Translations under genes and position numbers: made by a program
Assembly (NCBI GenBank): GCA_017513085.1
Contig: JAFWDK010000033.1
Location: 1 to 60,201 of the forward strand
Source: Clostridiales bacterium
GTDB taxonomy: Bacteria; Bacillota; Clostridia; Saccharofermentanales; Saccharofermentanaceae
Direction of reading: 5' to 3'
DNA length: 60,201 nucleotides
Shown: positions 11,001-20,753 of the stretch, piece after piece
Layout of the letters: the number at the start of each line of letters is the position of its first letter
Position numbering within the stretch: position 1 is the stretch's first letter
The notes under the pieces: generated by a model
What the model saw: only the letters and a program-made list of their open reading frames with translations
The model's database searches: none
What the model was told of the DNA's origin: nothing

Positions 11001-12833
11001 AGGTACTGTGACACCGGAGATATCATCATCGTAGAGAAGGGCGACGAATTGAATCGGCCCGACGCCGGTATCGGTCGTTTTCATAAGTTTTGCATATATC
11101 GTCTTGTAGAAACTATCAGATGACAGTGGTTTTGTGCAAGCCTCATCTTCGAAAAGTCCGGCGTATGCAGCGCCTTTGGAAATATCGAGATGGTCCCCGC
11201 GTATACCTATGAAAGCAGGCGCTTGAGGCCGACTGCTGATATCAACTTTTAACACGTCGCCGATCCGTGGATATTCGCTGTCCGAACGATTGAGGTTCGA
11301 ATAGTTAAGGATCAGATCATTGACTGTATAATCATCCCCGTACCAGATCTCATCCCAACGGTACACGGTACCGGCCAAATGTGTACTTGTTTCTTTGAAT
11401 CGCGTATACACGTAGTAGCGGGATCCATATTGGAAATGGAAGTCGTTGGAAACACAAACATCTGCAATCGTTGTCGGTTGGATCTGCCAGGTATTTATGT
11501 TAGCCAGATCTTTAGCGGATCTGGGAGAAGAAGAAATATAATACTCTTGATCTGTCTTGATGTTGGTCAGATAAACAGTATTAGAGAAACGGGCGAATAC
11601 AGGGTCAGAAGGAACCTTGTGGTTCTGTCCTTTGCCGACCTCGAGCGGCTCGGAGAATAAAACACCTTTTCGTCCCAGCTCCTCATTGTACCCGACGTCG
11701 TTGACGCCGGTTCCATTCTTTTTCCCAAAGCCGATCTTGAGACGGATCCAATCTCCGACATCCCAATCCTGTGGGACGTAAGCCAGATCAAGTTGGCCGT
11801 TGTTGATGATGGATCCGCATGCGCCATCTATGTCTTCAAAACTTCCGTTCGGTGAAGTCGCGTGCTGCCACTGATAATGAAGATATTTACTTAGCTCAGT
11901 CCCGACAGCGATTTCTCCGGTTAGTTCTGCGCTAACAGGCGCGCCGACAGAAGGTGCACTATCGAGCGTTATAGTTCCCTTGATGGGGACAAGAGATTTT
12001 GCGCCTTCGAGGGCGTGGGGACCGGACTGCCTTTTGACATATGAATCATCGGAAGGCTGCCTGTCGTATTCGTCGCCCATCGTATAGATATGGGCATATA
12101 CTCCCCATAGATCTCTTACCTGATTCGGACAGTATTTCTGGATGAATTTCGAGTTAAATATCTTCGAGCAATCGTACTGCAAAGTCTCCTCTGAGGATGT
12201 AATGTAAATCGGATCCCACCAGCCATGACCATCGCCAAAAGATGACGATACCTTTCTTACAGTAGTCATTCCGATCCTGTACGGAAGAAGAGGATCCCAC
12301 GAGTAGTCCGGGCTATCAAACCAGATCGTAAAGTAACAGCCAAGGGAGATCTTATATGTTACGGTCTTTCCGATAAACTCCTCCGGACACTCCCAAACCA
12401 GCATTGTTCCTTCCCAGCGGGCTCGTTCTGGTCGAGGCATAGGAGTTCCGGTTGGTTCATCAATGGCTTCAGGGTCTTCATAACTCCATGAGACATTGGC
12501 TTTTTCTGTGATACGGGTTCCTTCTTTATACCCCATGATATAGAGGGTATACGATTTGTATTTTTTCTTGGAGGAGCCGTATTTATTTTCGGCGTAATCT
12601 TGAATATTGAAAGAACGCATATCTGAAGAAAGAGTTTCCTTGTAGGATTCTATTGTAAGTTCCCACTTGGTGACGTTATCGACTTTCCCCCATGTGACGA
12701 CACCGTCATCGTATACGCGTACATCCGGAATGTCATAGAGCGCCAGTACTTTTTCGGCCATAGTCGAGAAAATGCCTACCATCAACATGATTGATAGTAG
12801 GAGCGCGGTCGCCCTTTTTGCAACTTGCTTCAT
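8013..12833 (-). CDS. Large secreted surface protein with Ig-like domains and six C-terminal Big_2-like repeats
   Basis: Signal peptide; about 75-aa repeats WSVGNTxVAxVDxNGKVTAKSVGNTYLYAKTxDGRxAKCL; ATG 12833 follows GGAGG. Confidence 0.85.
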   Translation of the reverse strand: MKQVAKRATALLLSIMLMVGIFSTMAEKVLALYDIPDVRVYDDGVVTWGKVDNVTKWELTIESYKETLSSDMRSFNIQDYAENKYGSSKKKYKSYTLYIMGYKEGTRITEKANVSWSYEDPEAIDEPTGTPMPRPERARWEGTMLVWECPEEFIGKTVTYKISLGCYFTIWFDSPDYSWDPLLPYRIGMTTVRKVSSSFGDGHGWWDPIYITSSEETLQYDCSKIFNSKFIQKYCPNQVRDLWGVYAHIYTMGDEYDRQPSDDSYVKRQSGPHALEGAKSLVPIKGTITLDSAPSVGAPVSAELTGEIAVGTELSKYLHYQWQHATSPNGSFEDIDGACGSIINNGQLDLAYVPQDWDVGDWIRLKIGFGKKNGTGVNDVGYNEELGRKGVLFSEPLEVGKGQNHKVPSDPVFARFSNTVYLTNIKTDQEYYISSSPRSAKDLANINTWQIQPTTIADVCVSNDFHFQYGSRYYVYTRFKETSTHLAGTVYRWDEIWYGDDYTVNDLILNYSNLNRSDSEYPRIGDVLKVDISSRPQAPAFIGIRGDHLDISKGAAYAGLFEDEACTKPLSSDSFYKTIYAKLMKTTDTGVGPIQFVALLYDDDISGVTVPHSFYAGITWNAIFGYSREIYVANADGMSSLHYVDIPDFTVVAGVRSHLSSVSLTPSNSLDDILYVYSECSNAVSSGYGDVSEDNAPALTFNVDGNGNVSMQVDATNSLPGIYEIYLYLRGEKVSEIITVTVEPKKVPAEDFDFIDTLIFVDRDSTIDLDDYIQPYPTDATLSPSEYTITCDQTLTSDIGSFSHINTLYITRNAPIGTQLTFTATWKGITRQVTVEISKNENEPIITADLPKALYVSDGESVTLSVEAEGQNLSYLWGEAHMGNMNKQPSYTFTASGEFSSASTTSRRGYIEKYCTVTSTIGDAEYNLRSEITKIFVSHPSLAAKPSLVSAPRGENDETTLSWSADYDQDLYSWQVWRSKYMKGEYEFVTAYTPESLTANLPSEDADGNTYWYMLRACRKEEKVDASNNARTFYYFSPFSEPVQAIKDSQAVPKILEVDGTYATVDAGSMVSFSVVTSTDAKYLTLYSESGNKIYTWSGSSNYKDNSGFRVWTVKWKASGNAKRTLAFRASSDGINYSLKKDVSVTVKGPALSIRYSEKTIRVGESFTFTAQNAEGLKITWRVGNTGVASVTQSGKVIAKFANNTYLYAKAEDGQEVKCLLKLIAAAPLNLNNTDKALSSGQTFKLLASNAEGMTVKYTSGNYKVATVDNTGIVTAKGSGNTYITVEASDGRRARCLIRVSGLSINFTEKTLAVGENYQFSVSGNNGQKVTWSTGNTTVAAVDSNGKVTAKSVGNTYLYAKTPDGSQAKCLIKVTYPTLHLDYSEKTLYINQSFTFKLTGASGQKITWSVGNTTVATVNSSGKVTAKSVGNTYLYARSADGREAKCLLKIVDPGKLGINYTEKTIYLGQSFVFTAKNAGILTPVWSVGNTSIAKVDENGKVTALSVGNTYLYAKTEDGRSAKCLIKVVDPGPLNITYTEKTIKVNQTFQFICKNPAGQDVTWSVGNTSVATVDTNGRVTGVSVGNTYLYAKTSDGRTAKCLLKIVA

Positions 12834-12992
12834 ATATAAACCTCCCAAACCTTGTAGTAATTCTGGAAAAGCACCCGAGACTGATTACACACAGGCCCTT
12901 ACCATATAATAATTTTACAAACGAAAGAATGAGAAAACAAGAAAACAAAAACACCTCGTTGTGATGAAACACATCCGAGGTGTCTGTGGTAA

Positions 12993-13067
12993 TGGAGCGG
13001 GATACGAGATTCGAACTCGCGACTTTCACCTTGGCAAGGTGACACTCTACCACTGAGTTAATCCCGC
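12993..13067 (-). tRNA. tRNA-Gly (GCC)
   Basis: Reverse complement reads GCGGGATTAACTCAGTGGTAGAG...CTTGCCAAG...GTTCGAATC...CCCGCTCCA. Confidence 0.96.
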
Positions 13068-13087
13068 GTCTTGAGTCAACATGAGAT

Positions 13088-13116
13088 ATTATATTCGCGA
13101 AGGGAGCATCTGTCAA
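13088..13116 (-). promoter_or_regulatory. Consensus sigmaA promoter of tRNA-Gly
   Basis: TTGACA-N17-TATAAT on the minus strand. Confidence 0.85.
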
Positions 13117-13293
13117 CACTTTTTTTCGTTATAGAGAAATACAGAAAAAGAACCGGAGATATCTTTGACCAACCAGTGCTGATTTGCCCGAAAAACGAGC
13201 AGTTTACGCCAAAAGTCAAGATTCTCGTATTGACATAAATGTATAGAAAGGATATATTTTGAGTATTAAATAGTTTGAAAGGCAAAGTATTTT

Positions 13294-14286
13294 ATGAACG
13301 TCGACACAACTTCTTATGGACGGGTGATCGGAATCGGCAGTTATCTGCCAGAGAAAACACTCACCAATGATGATATGGCGAAGATCGTGGAAACCAGTGA
13401 TGAATGGATCACCGAGCGCACCGGGATCAAGGAAAGACACATTTCCGACCCGGACAAAGATACATCGGAGAGTATGGCAGTCGAAGCTGCTAAGCGCGCT
13501 GTCGCAGATGCGGGGATCGATCCGAAGGAGATCGGGCTCGTTATCGTTGCCTCCACCACTCCAAATGTTCTTTTCCCGGTACTGAGCGCAAGTGTTCAGG
13601 CCGCTGTGGATGCGGATAACGCGATGTGCTTTGATGTGAATGCGGCTTGCCCCGGATTTGTTACAGCTTTTGTTACTGCTCAAAACTATATCAGATCAGG
13701 AATGGTCAACTGTGCCCTGGTCGTGGGTACGGAAAACCTGACTAATTATATTAACTGGGAAGACAGAGGAACGTGCATTCTCTTTGGCGATGGCGCAGGC
13801 GCAGTTGTTTTAAAGGCAGAAACAGATATTGAATATACAGCGCTTATGCGTGCCGCCGGAAAAAGAGGCGAGTGTATGCACTGTGAATCCTATATGCAGA
13901 AGGGAAAAGAGAAGACAGAAGAATTCCTTAAGTCCAACTATATAAATATGGATGGACAGGCTGTTTTTAAGTTTGCAGTGACGGAAGTGCCGAGGATCAT
14001 TGAGGATCTTCTTGCCAAGACAGGGACTTCTGCAGATGAGATCGACTATTTTATCCTGCATCAGGCAAACCGCCGCATCATTGAATCGGTGGCGAAGCGT
14101 CTCAAACAGCCAATCGAGAAATTTCCTATGAATATTGAAAAAACCGCCAATACATCGTCGGCCAGCATCCCAATCCTTCTGGATGAGATGAAGAAAGACG
14201 GCCGTATCGGCGAAGGAAAAAAGAAAGTGGTTATGTCCAGTTTCGGAGCAGGACTCCTTTGGGGTGCTTTTGAAACAGAAATCTAA
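13294..14286 (+). CDS. fabH: 3-oxoacyl-ACP synthase III
   Basis: ETSDEWITERTGI, DVNAAC, ILFGDGAGA, HQANRRI, ANTSSASIP. Confidence 0.95.
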   Translation: MNVDTTSYGRVIGIGSYLPEKTLTNDDMAKIVETSDEWITERTGIKERHISDPDKDTSESMAVEAAKRAVADAGIDPKEIGLVIVASTTPNVLFPVLSASVQAAVDADNAMCFDVNAACPGFVTAFVTAQNYIRSGMVNCALVVGTENLTNYINWEDRGTCILFGDGAGAVVLKAETDIEYTALMRAAGKRGECMHCESYMQKGKEKTEEFLKSNYINMDGQAVFKFAVTEVPRIIEDLLAKTGTSADEIDYFILHQANRRIIESVAKRLKQPIEKFPMNIEKTANTSSASIPILLDEMKKDGRIGEGKKKVVMSSFGAGLLWGAFETEI

Positions 14287-14305
14287 GAAATCAGAGGAGT
14301 ACAGC

Positions 14306-15235
14306 ATGAAAACAAGACTTACGGAATTACTGAACATTGAATATCCGATCATGCAGGGCGGTATGGCCTGGGTGGCCGATTATCACCTTGCTGCGGCGGT
14401 CAGTAACGCTGGCGGACTGGGTATCATCGGTTCCGGTGGAGCGGATGCGGATTGGGTAAGAAACCAGATCAAGTGCTGCCGGGAACTGACAGATAAGCCT
14501 TTTGGCGTAAACGTGATGCTTATGAATCCGCATGCGCCGGAGATCGCGGATGTCCTGGCTGAGGAGAAAGTTGCGGTCGTAACGACCGGTGCAGGTTCTC
14601 CGGAAAGATATCTTCCGAAGTGGCAGGAAGCCGGCATCAAGATCATCCCGGTCATTGCCTCCGTCGGTCTTGCCAAAAGAATGGAAAAGCTCGGCGTTGA
14701 TGCAGTCGTGGCAGAGGGCACAGAGTCCGGTGGACATATTGGTGAACTGACGACCATGACTTTGGTTCCGCAGGTTGTCGATGCACTTTCCATTCCGGTC
14801 ATTGCTGCAGGCGGTATAGCAGACGGACGCGGTATCGCAGCGGCCTTTATGTTGGGTGCAGAGGGTGTGCAGTGCGGCACATGCTTCATTCCTTGCGAAG
14901 AAACGAATATTCATCAGAACTACAAAGATCTCGTGATCAAGGCGAGTGATATCGATACGAAAGTCACGGGCAGAAGCACGGGTCATCCGGTCAGAACACT
15001 TCGTAACCAGCTGACTAAACTGTATCTGAAGATGGAGAGTGAGGGAGCTACGCTCGATGAACTCGAACAGCTCTCGCTCGGTTCTCTTAGAAAAGCGGTG
15101 CTGGATGGCGATAAGGAAATGGGAAGCTTTATGGCCGGTCAGATCTCCGGTCTTTTGAAGGATCAGGTAACCGTCAAGGAGCGCATTGTCTCCATGATGG
15201 ATCAGGCAGAACAACTCATGGGAGGAAAGAAATGA
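14306..15235 (+). CDS. fabK: Enoyl-ACP reductase II
   Basis: YPIMQGGMAWVA, EGTESGGHIG, AAGGIADGRG; fab operon context. Confidence 0.93.
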   Translation: MKTRLTELLNIEYPIMQGGMAWVADYHLAAAVSNAGGLGIIGSGGADADWVRNQIKCCRELTDKPFGVNVMLMNPHAPEIADVLAEEKVAVVTTGAGSPERYLPKWQEAGIKIIPVIASVGLAKRMEKLGVDAVVAEGTESGGHIGELTTMTLVPQVVDALSIPVIAAGGIADGRGIAAAFMLGAEGVQCGTCFIPCEETNIHQNYKDLVIKASDIDTKVTGRSTGHPVRTLRNQLTKLYLKMESEGATLDELEQLSLGSLRKAVLDGDKEMGSFMAGQISGLLKDQVTVKERIVSMMDQAEQLMGGKK

Positions 15236-16167
15236 AAATAGCATTTGTTTATCCGGGTCAGGGTGCCCAAAAGAATGGAATGATGCAGGATTTTTATGAA
15301 AACTGCGACAAGGCAAAGGAGATGTTCGACACAGCTTCGAAGATCAGCGGATACGATATTGCAGACCTTTGCTTTAACGAAAAAGAAGAACTGAATCAGA
15401 CGAAGTACACTCAGGTATGCCTTCTGACGGCCTGCATGGCAGCAACAGAAGTGCTTGAGGAAGAAGGCATCAAGCCGGATGCCACATGCGGACTTTCGCT
15501 TGGCGAGTACACCGCTCTGGTTGCTTCGGATGCGGTACGTTTTGACGAAGCTGTACGTCTCGTGACAGAGCGTGGAAAGATCATGGAAGAAGCCGCTCCA
15601 GATATCGGAGGCATGAGCGCAGTCATCGGTATGGACGAAGAGAATCTCCGTTCGGCCATCCAGGGCATCGACGGCGTTTATGTAGCCAACTTCAACTGCC
15701 CGGGTCAGATCGTGATCACAGGCTACAAAGAAGCCGTTGAAAAAGCCGGAGAGGCTTTGAAAGAAAACGGGGCGAAGCGTGTTATTCCGCTGAAGTGCAG
15801 CGGTCCTTTCCATTCACCGATCATGGCGGATGCCGGACACAAACTCCGTAAGTATATCGATGAGCTTCATCTCGAAGATCTGTCTGCACCTTATGCTGCA
15901 AACCTGACCGGTGATCTTGTGACAGATAAGAATCAGATCCCGGAGCTCCTTGAAAAGCAGGTCAGCGGTTCTGTCAGAATGCAGCAGGATCTGGAATCCC
16001 TCGCAAGAAACGGCGTAGATACATTTATCGAGATCGGTCCCGGCAAGACGATCTCCGGTTTCGTAAAGAAGACATTGGAAGGTGTAAACATTCTCAATGT
16101 GGAAACACTCGATGACGTAAAGACCGTCGTTTCGAAGGTCAAAGAACTTGCGGAGGCAGCACAATGA
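15232..16167 (+). CDS. fabD: Malonyl-CoA:ACP transacylase
   Basis: PGQGAQ, GLSLGEY, ANFNCPGQIVI, SGPFHS. Confidence 0.95.
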   Translation: MKIAFVYPGQGAQKNGMMQDFYENCDKAKEMFDTASKISGYDIADLCFNEKEELNQTKYTQVCLLTACMAATEVLEEEGIKPDATCGLSLGEYTALVASDAVRFDEAVRLVTERGKIMEEAAPDIGGMSAVIGMDEENLRSAIQGIDGVYVANFNCPGQIVITGYKEAVEKAGEALKENGAKRVIPLKCSGPFHSPIMADAGHKLRKYIDELHLEDLSAPYAANLTGDLVTDKNQIPELLEKQVSGSVRMQQDLESLARNGVDTFIEIGPGKTISGFVKKTLEGVNILNVETLDDVKTVVSKVKELAEAAQ

Positions 16168-16898
16168 CAAAAACAGCTATTGTAACCGGTGGATCCAGAG
16201 GCATCGGACGCGCGACCGCGATCGAGCTGAGTAAGATGGGCATGAATGTAGCGGTCATCTATCACGGTAATCAAGACAAAGCGAATGAGACTGTTGATGC
16301 CTGCAAGGAAAACGGAGTAGAGGCGATCGCTATTCAGTGCGACGTCAAAGACAATACGGCAGTAAGCGTAGCGATTGAAAATGTTCAAGAAACATTCGGT
16401 TCGATCGATGTTCTGGTCAATAATGCGGGCGTGACCAAGGATGGTCTCCTGCTTCGCATGAGTGAGGAAGATTTTGATACGGTCATCGATACGAACCTCA
16501 AGGGCTGTTTCTTTTTCAGCAAAGCTTGTGCTGCGGTCATGATGAAACAAAGATCCGGAAAGATCATCAATATCGCTTCGGTAGTCGGTATTTCCGGAAA
16601 TGCCGGACAGGCAAATTATGCTGCTTCAAAGGCAGGAATCATCGGCTTTACCAAGTCCTTGGCAAAAGAACTCGGTTCCCGTGGCATTTGTGTAAATGCT
16701 GTGGCTCCGGGTTTTGTGGAAACGGATATGACCGAAGTCTTGAGTGACAAAGTCAAGGAAGCGCTCATGAACAATATCCCGCTGAAGCGTACCGCCAAGC
16801 CGGAAGATATTGCCAATGCGATCGGATTTCTGGCTTCAGAGAAAGCTGACTACATCACCGGACAGGTACTGACTGTCGATGGTGGCATGTGCATGTAA
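16164..16898 (+). CDS. fabG: 3-oxoacyl-ACP reductase
   Basis: TGGSRGIG, NNAG, YAASKAG short-chain dehydrogenase motifs. Confidence 0.95.
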   Translation: MTKTAIVTGGSRGIGRATAIELSKMGMNVAVIYHGNQDKANETVDACKENGVEAIAIQCDVKDNTAVSVAIENVQETFGSIDVLVNNAGVTKDGLLLRMSEEDFDTVIDTNLKGCFFFSKACAAVMMKQRSGKIINIASVVGISGNAGQANYAASKAGIIGFTKSLAKELGSRGICVNAVAPGFVETDMTEVLSDKVKEALMNNIPLKRTAKPEDIANAIGFLASEKADYITGQVLTVDGGMCM

Positions 16899-16958
16899 GA
16901 TAAGATGCCGGCTAAGTGATGCACGCCGGACAAGAAGAATAAAGGAAGGTAATAAACC

Positions 16959-18194
16959 ATGAGAAGAGTTGTGATTACAGGAATGGGCGCAATCACCCCG
17001 CTGGGAAACACTGCCGAGGAATTCTGGAAGAATATCCGTGCCGGCAAAGTCGGTATCGGAGAGATCACCAAATTCGATACAACGGATTATAAGGCTAAAG
17101 TTGCCGGCGAAGTCAGAGATTTTAAGCCGGACGAGTATATGGACTTTAAGACGGCCAAGAGAATGGAACCATTCTCTCAGTACGCTGCCGCAGCTGCCCT
17201 TATGGCAGTTAAAGATTCCGGCATTGATATCGAAAAAGAAGATGCATACCGTTGCGGCGTAATCGTAGGTTGCGGCGTCGGTTCCATGCAGGCGACCGAG
17301 CGTGAGCACAGCCGTCTTCTGGAATTCGGACCGAATAAGATCGGACCTCTTTACATTCCGCTTATGATCTCGAACATGGCAGCCGGAAACATTGCCATCG
17401 TTACCGGATTCAAGGGCAAGAATATCGACGTGGTAACCGCTTGCGCATCCGGTACGAACTCGATCGGCGAAGCTTTTAGAAGTATCCAGTCGAATGAAGC
17501 GGATGTGATCCTGGCCGGTGGTACGGAAGCAGCGATCTGCCCGATGGGCGTTGCCGGTTTCTGTGCGCTCAAAGCACTTTCCACTAGCACAGATCCGATG
17601 AAGGCGTCTATTCCGTTCGATAAGAACCGTGACGGATTTGTTCTGGGTGAGGGTGCCGGTGTTCTTGTTCTTGAAGAGTATGAGCACGCCAAAGCACGTG
17701 GCGCCAAGATCTATGCGGAAATGGCCGGTTACGGCGCATCCTGCGATGCTTACCATATCACATCTCCGGAAGAGTCCGGTATCGGCGCTGCCCATGCTAT
17801 GATGGCCGCGATTGCCGATGCAGGCATCGAGCCGTCCCAGCTTGACTACATCAATGCACACGGAACGTCCACACACCACAACGATCTCTTTGAGACAAGA
17901 GCAATCAAGACTGCGCTGGGTGACGCGGCGTATAATGTTAAGATCAACTCCACCAAGTCCATGACCGGACACCTTCTTGGCGCAGCAGGTGCTATCGAAG
18001 CTATCGTATTGGCTAAGTCCGTCGAGGAAGGCTTTATCCATCAGACCATGGGCTCCGAGGAGACAGAAGAAGAGATGGATCTGAATTATTGCTTCGGTAG
18101 ATCCTATGAGCAGGATGTGAACTACGCGATGAGCAATTCCCTTGGCTTTGGCGGACACAATGCATCCATTATCATGAAAAAGTTTGAAGAATAA
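16959..18194 (+). CDS. fabF: 3-oxoacyl-ACP synthase II
   Basis: RRVVITGMG, TACASG, NAHGTST, KSMTGHLLGAAG, SNSLGFGGHN. Confidence 0.95.
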   Translation: MRRVVITGMGAITPLGNTAEEFWKNIRAGKVGIGEITKFDTTDYKAKVAGEVRDFKPDEYMDFKTAKRMEPFSQYAAAAALMAVKDSGIDIEKEDAYRCGVIVGCGVGSMQATEREHSRLLEFGPNKIGPLYIPLMISNMAAGNIAIVTGFKGKNIDVVTACASGTNSIGEAFRSIQSNEADVILAGGTEAAICPMGVAGFCALKALSTSTDPMKASIPFDKNRDGFVLGEGAGVLVLEEYEHAKARGAKIYAEMAGYGASCDAYHITSPEESGIGAAHAMMAAIADAGIEPSQLDYINAHGTSTHHNDLFETRAIKTALGDAAYNVKINSTKSMTGHLLGAAGAIEAIVLAKSVEEGFIHQTMGSEETEEEMDLNYCFGRSYEQDVNYAMSNSLGFGGHNASIIMKKFEE

Positions 18195-18222
18195 TACAAC
18201 CAAACATACGAGGTACGATCAT

Positions 18223-18690
18223 ATGTCAAAAGCACTGACCACTAAAGAGATCATGGATATCCTTCCGCACAGATCCCCGTTCCTGCTGGTGGATGCCATT
18301 GAAGATTACGAAGAGGGTGTGTACGCTATCGGAAGAAAATGCATCACTTACGATGAGCCGTATTTCCAGGGACATTTTCCGGAAATGCCGATCATGCCGG
18401 GTGTACTGCAGGTCGAAGCCCTTGCTCAGACCGGCGCGGTAGCGATCCTGTGCAAAGAAGAGTTTAAAGGCCGTATAGCAGTATTTGCCGGCATCGACAA
18501 GTGTAAGTTTAAAAGACCGGTCGTACCAGGTGATGTCTTGACGTTAAAGACTGAGATCACGGCACTTCGCGGGCCTGTAGGAATGGGTCACGGAGTCGCT
18601 TCGGTCGGTGATGAAATAGCCTGTGATTGTATCATCAAATTCGCGATCCTTCCTTCCAAGGAGGAAAAACCGGATCAGGAAAACGGATAA
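18223..18690 (+). CDS. fabZ: 3-hydroxyacyl-ACP dehydratase
   Basis: LPHRSPFLLVD, FQGHFPEMPIMPGVLQVEALAQ. Confidence 0.95.
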   Translation: MSKALTTKEIMDILPHRSPFLLVDAIEDYEEGVYAIGRKCITYDEPYFQGHFPEMPIMPGVLQVEALAQTGAVAILCKEEFKGRIAVFAGIDKCKFKRPVVPGDVLTLKTEITALRGPVGMGHGVASVGDEIACDCIIKFAILPSKEEKPDQENG

Positions 18691-18739
18691 GAAACCTGAT
18701 CCTGATACGTTGAGCGCAAGATAAAACATTTCACTTATG

Positions 18740-18786
18740 AATAATATTCCGGCAACAAATAATTGTTACCGGAATATTATTTTTTT
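18740..18786 (+). terminator. Rho-independent terminator of the fab operon
   Basis: AATAATATTCCGG / CCGGAATATTATT hairpin plus T run. Confidence 0.85.
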
Positions 18787-18874
18787 ACCTATAAAACGAC
18801 CGATTTACAAAAGAAATTTATACGTAATATGTAATATATTATTATAATTATATACATAATACATAAATGCAGAA

Positions 18875-18917
18875 TGAAATCGGTTTCGAAACGAAAGTGA
18901 AATCGGTTTCGAAACGA
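18875..18917. repeat. Tandem 20-bp direct repeat, LacI/CcpA-operator-like
   Basis: TGAAATCGGTTTCGAAACGA at 18875 and 18898 (23-bp period). Confidence 0.7.
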
Positions 18918-19015
18918 GTGAAAAAGTAAAAAGATAGGTTCCGTTGTTGATTTCTTTTCTTTCTGCAGCATTTCTGCTATCATGTCACTTGAATTAACTG
19001 CCAAGGAGAATCGAT

Positions 19016-19690
19016 ATGCCTGATCCGAGTTTAGAAAAGAAGAAACTGAACATTAAAGAAGTAGGCATACGCGGAGCAATCGTTCATTTCTGGACATATT
19101 ACAAATGGTGGGTGATCATTCCGGTCATCTGCATCGCGATCATCACATCCCTGGTAACCTCTTACCTTTCAGCGACCAGAAAAGCATATCTCAATATTGC
19201 TATGGTCAATGCCCGTTATGAGGGTGGAAAAGTCGTATTTGCCGGCTTTGCCGAAAAGGTTGGGAAGGAGCTCATAATCGACAGTACCTATCACGCACCG
19301 ACAAATGAGGACTCGATCGATGTCAGTCAGGATATGACTATCAGTATGCAGAAGCTCGTAACTTCGATCAGTGGCGGTGTTGTTGACGTAGTAGTAACGA
19401 ATTCCAGATCGATCAAGGAGTTCGGGGAAAATGGAGTACGAGACCTTCGTACCGTCCTGAGTCCGGAGCAGATTGCGGAGCTTGAGCGACGGGAGATCCT
19501 GTTTTATCTGGATTTTGAAGCTGAAGCGCATGTTCCGGTTGCCATCAATGTGACAGGCATGAAGATATTCGAACCGGCCTACGAAGGCTCAGAAGAGAAA
19601 CATTATCTCTTCTTCTCCGCTTTTTCCGATAAAACAGAAGAAGAGAAACTCCTTGCGGAATATCTCTTCTTCGAGGATCATGATCAGTGA
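19016..19690 (+). CDS. Membrane-anchored accessory protein of a carbohydrate ABC locus (hypothetical)
   Basis: HFWTYYKW plus one N-terminal transmembrane helix, then a binding-protein-like fragment; adjacent to the DUF624 gene. Confidence 0.6.
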   Translation: MPDPSLEKKKLNIKEVGIRGAIVHFWTYYKWWVIIPVICIAIITSLVTSYLSATRKAYLNIAMVNARYEGGKVVFAGFAEKVGKELIIDSTYHAPTNEDSIDVSQDMTISMQKLVTSISGGVVDVVVTNSRSIKEFGENGVRDLRTVLSPEQIAELERREILFYLDFEAEAHVPVAINVTGMKIFEPAYEGSEEKHYLFFSAFSDKTEEEKLLAEYLFFEDHDQ

Positions 19691-19738
19691 TCGTTTTTCT
19701 TATAGACGGATCACAGGAATTGTCCGTACCGTAATCTC

Positions 19739-20509
19739 TTACTCTTCAGAGGAATCTTCATCAGTATCACTTTCGGTTTCCTCGTCTTCCGAAGAAACTT
19801 CGTCATCGTCAATCACTTTTACACTTGCTTCTCCGTCTTCATAGGAGATCTCGCGAACTTTTCCGTCCCTTCCGACTTTGAGTTTTCTAAGACCAAAAGC
19901 CTTGTGGAGGAAGAGAGAACAGATCAATCCGCGAAGTGCCATGTTGAAAAAGAGCTCAAATCCGAGCATGCCGAATGTGAAATCAGGGAAAGTATTGATC
20001 ACAAGCGGGGAAAAAAGCCAGATCGCGATCAGCATGATCGTGATCACAATATTCTTGATCCCCAACAGAATAGAATTTTTGATCGTATTCTTTAATGTGT
20101 TTTCAAAAGTAGCAAGAAGTGCAAAGCCATAAAGAAAGACCGGAAGCACCAGGAAGATCATGAGCCAAACCGGATACTGAAGAAAGGAAAGGCTTTCCGG
20201 GACGAGATCATGACGGAAGTAGATTCCGTAGAGCTCAAAAGAGAAGAACCCAAGAAGCACAAGAACGCCGATCCACATAATCGTTGCTTTCTTAAAACTC
20301 TTCTTGAATTCACCGAAATACTCTTTGTGAACACTCGGATCTTCTCCGCTGACGATCTTGATGCAGACTCTGTACATGGCACAAAGAGAAGGTCCGATCG
20401 TAATGATTGGCAAGCATGTGAACAAAAACATCAAATTCAGCCAAAAAACATTAAATATGTTAGAAAGTAGTCGCATACCGGGATTATTGGTATTAAAAAA
20501 CTCGTTCAT
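19739..20509 (-). CDS. YesL/DUF624 family membrane protein
   Basis: LNLMFLFTCLPIITIGPSLCAMY...FKKSFKKAT pattern. Confidence 0.85.
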   Translation of the reverse strand: MNEFFNTNNPGMRLLSNIFNVFWLNLMFLFTCLPIITIGPSLCAMYRVCIKIVSGEDPSVHKEYFGEFKKSFKKATIMWIGVLVLLGFFSFELYGIYFRHDLVPESLSFLQYPVWLMIFLVLPVFLYGFALLATFENTLKNTIKNSILLGIKNIVITIMLIAIWLFSPLVINTFPDFTFGMLGFELFFNMALRGLICSLFLHKAFGLRKLKVGRDGKVREISYEDGEASVKVIDDDEVSSEDEETESDTDEDSSEE

Positions 20510-20753
20510 TAGGAAAACCTCAAAAGAAGAATTTCATCATTTCGATGATCACTGAGAAAGATTATACTATCAGATTGAATAAAAATACAGCGCGTAACGT
20601 TTCGCTCTCTATTTCGCAAAAAGTGCTGATGATTTGCTTGACAATTCGCAAGATTTGTAAAGAAAGAAGAGCAAGCAATGGTTATCATGTAGTCGTAGTT
20701 ACAAAAAACAGGCGAATATTTCGTCAAAAATCTACAAATATCAGGAGGACGAT

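Noticed and set aside
8013-13067. Large surface gene beside the tRNA-Gly 3' end as a tRNA-integrated island
   Set aside because: No integrase, no duplicated tRNA 3' end seen, and the gene shares its repeat module with another chromosomal gene.
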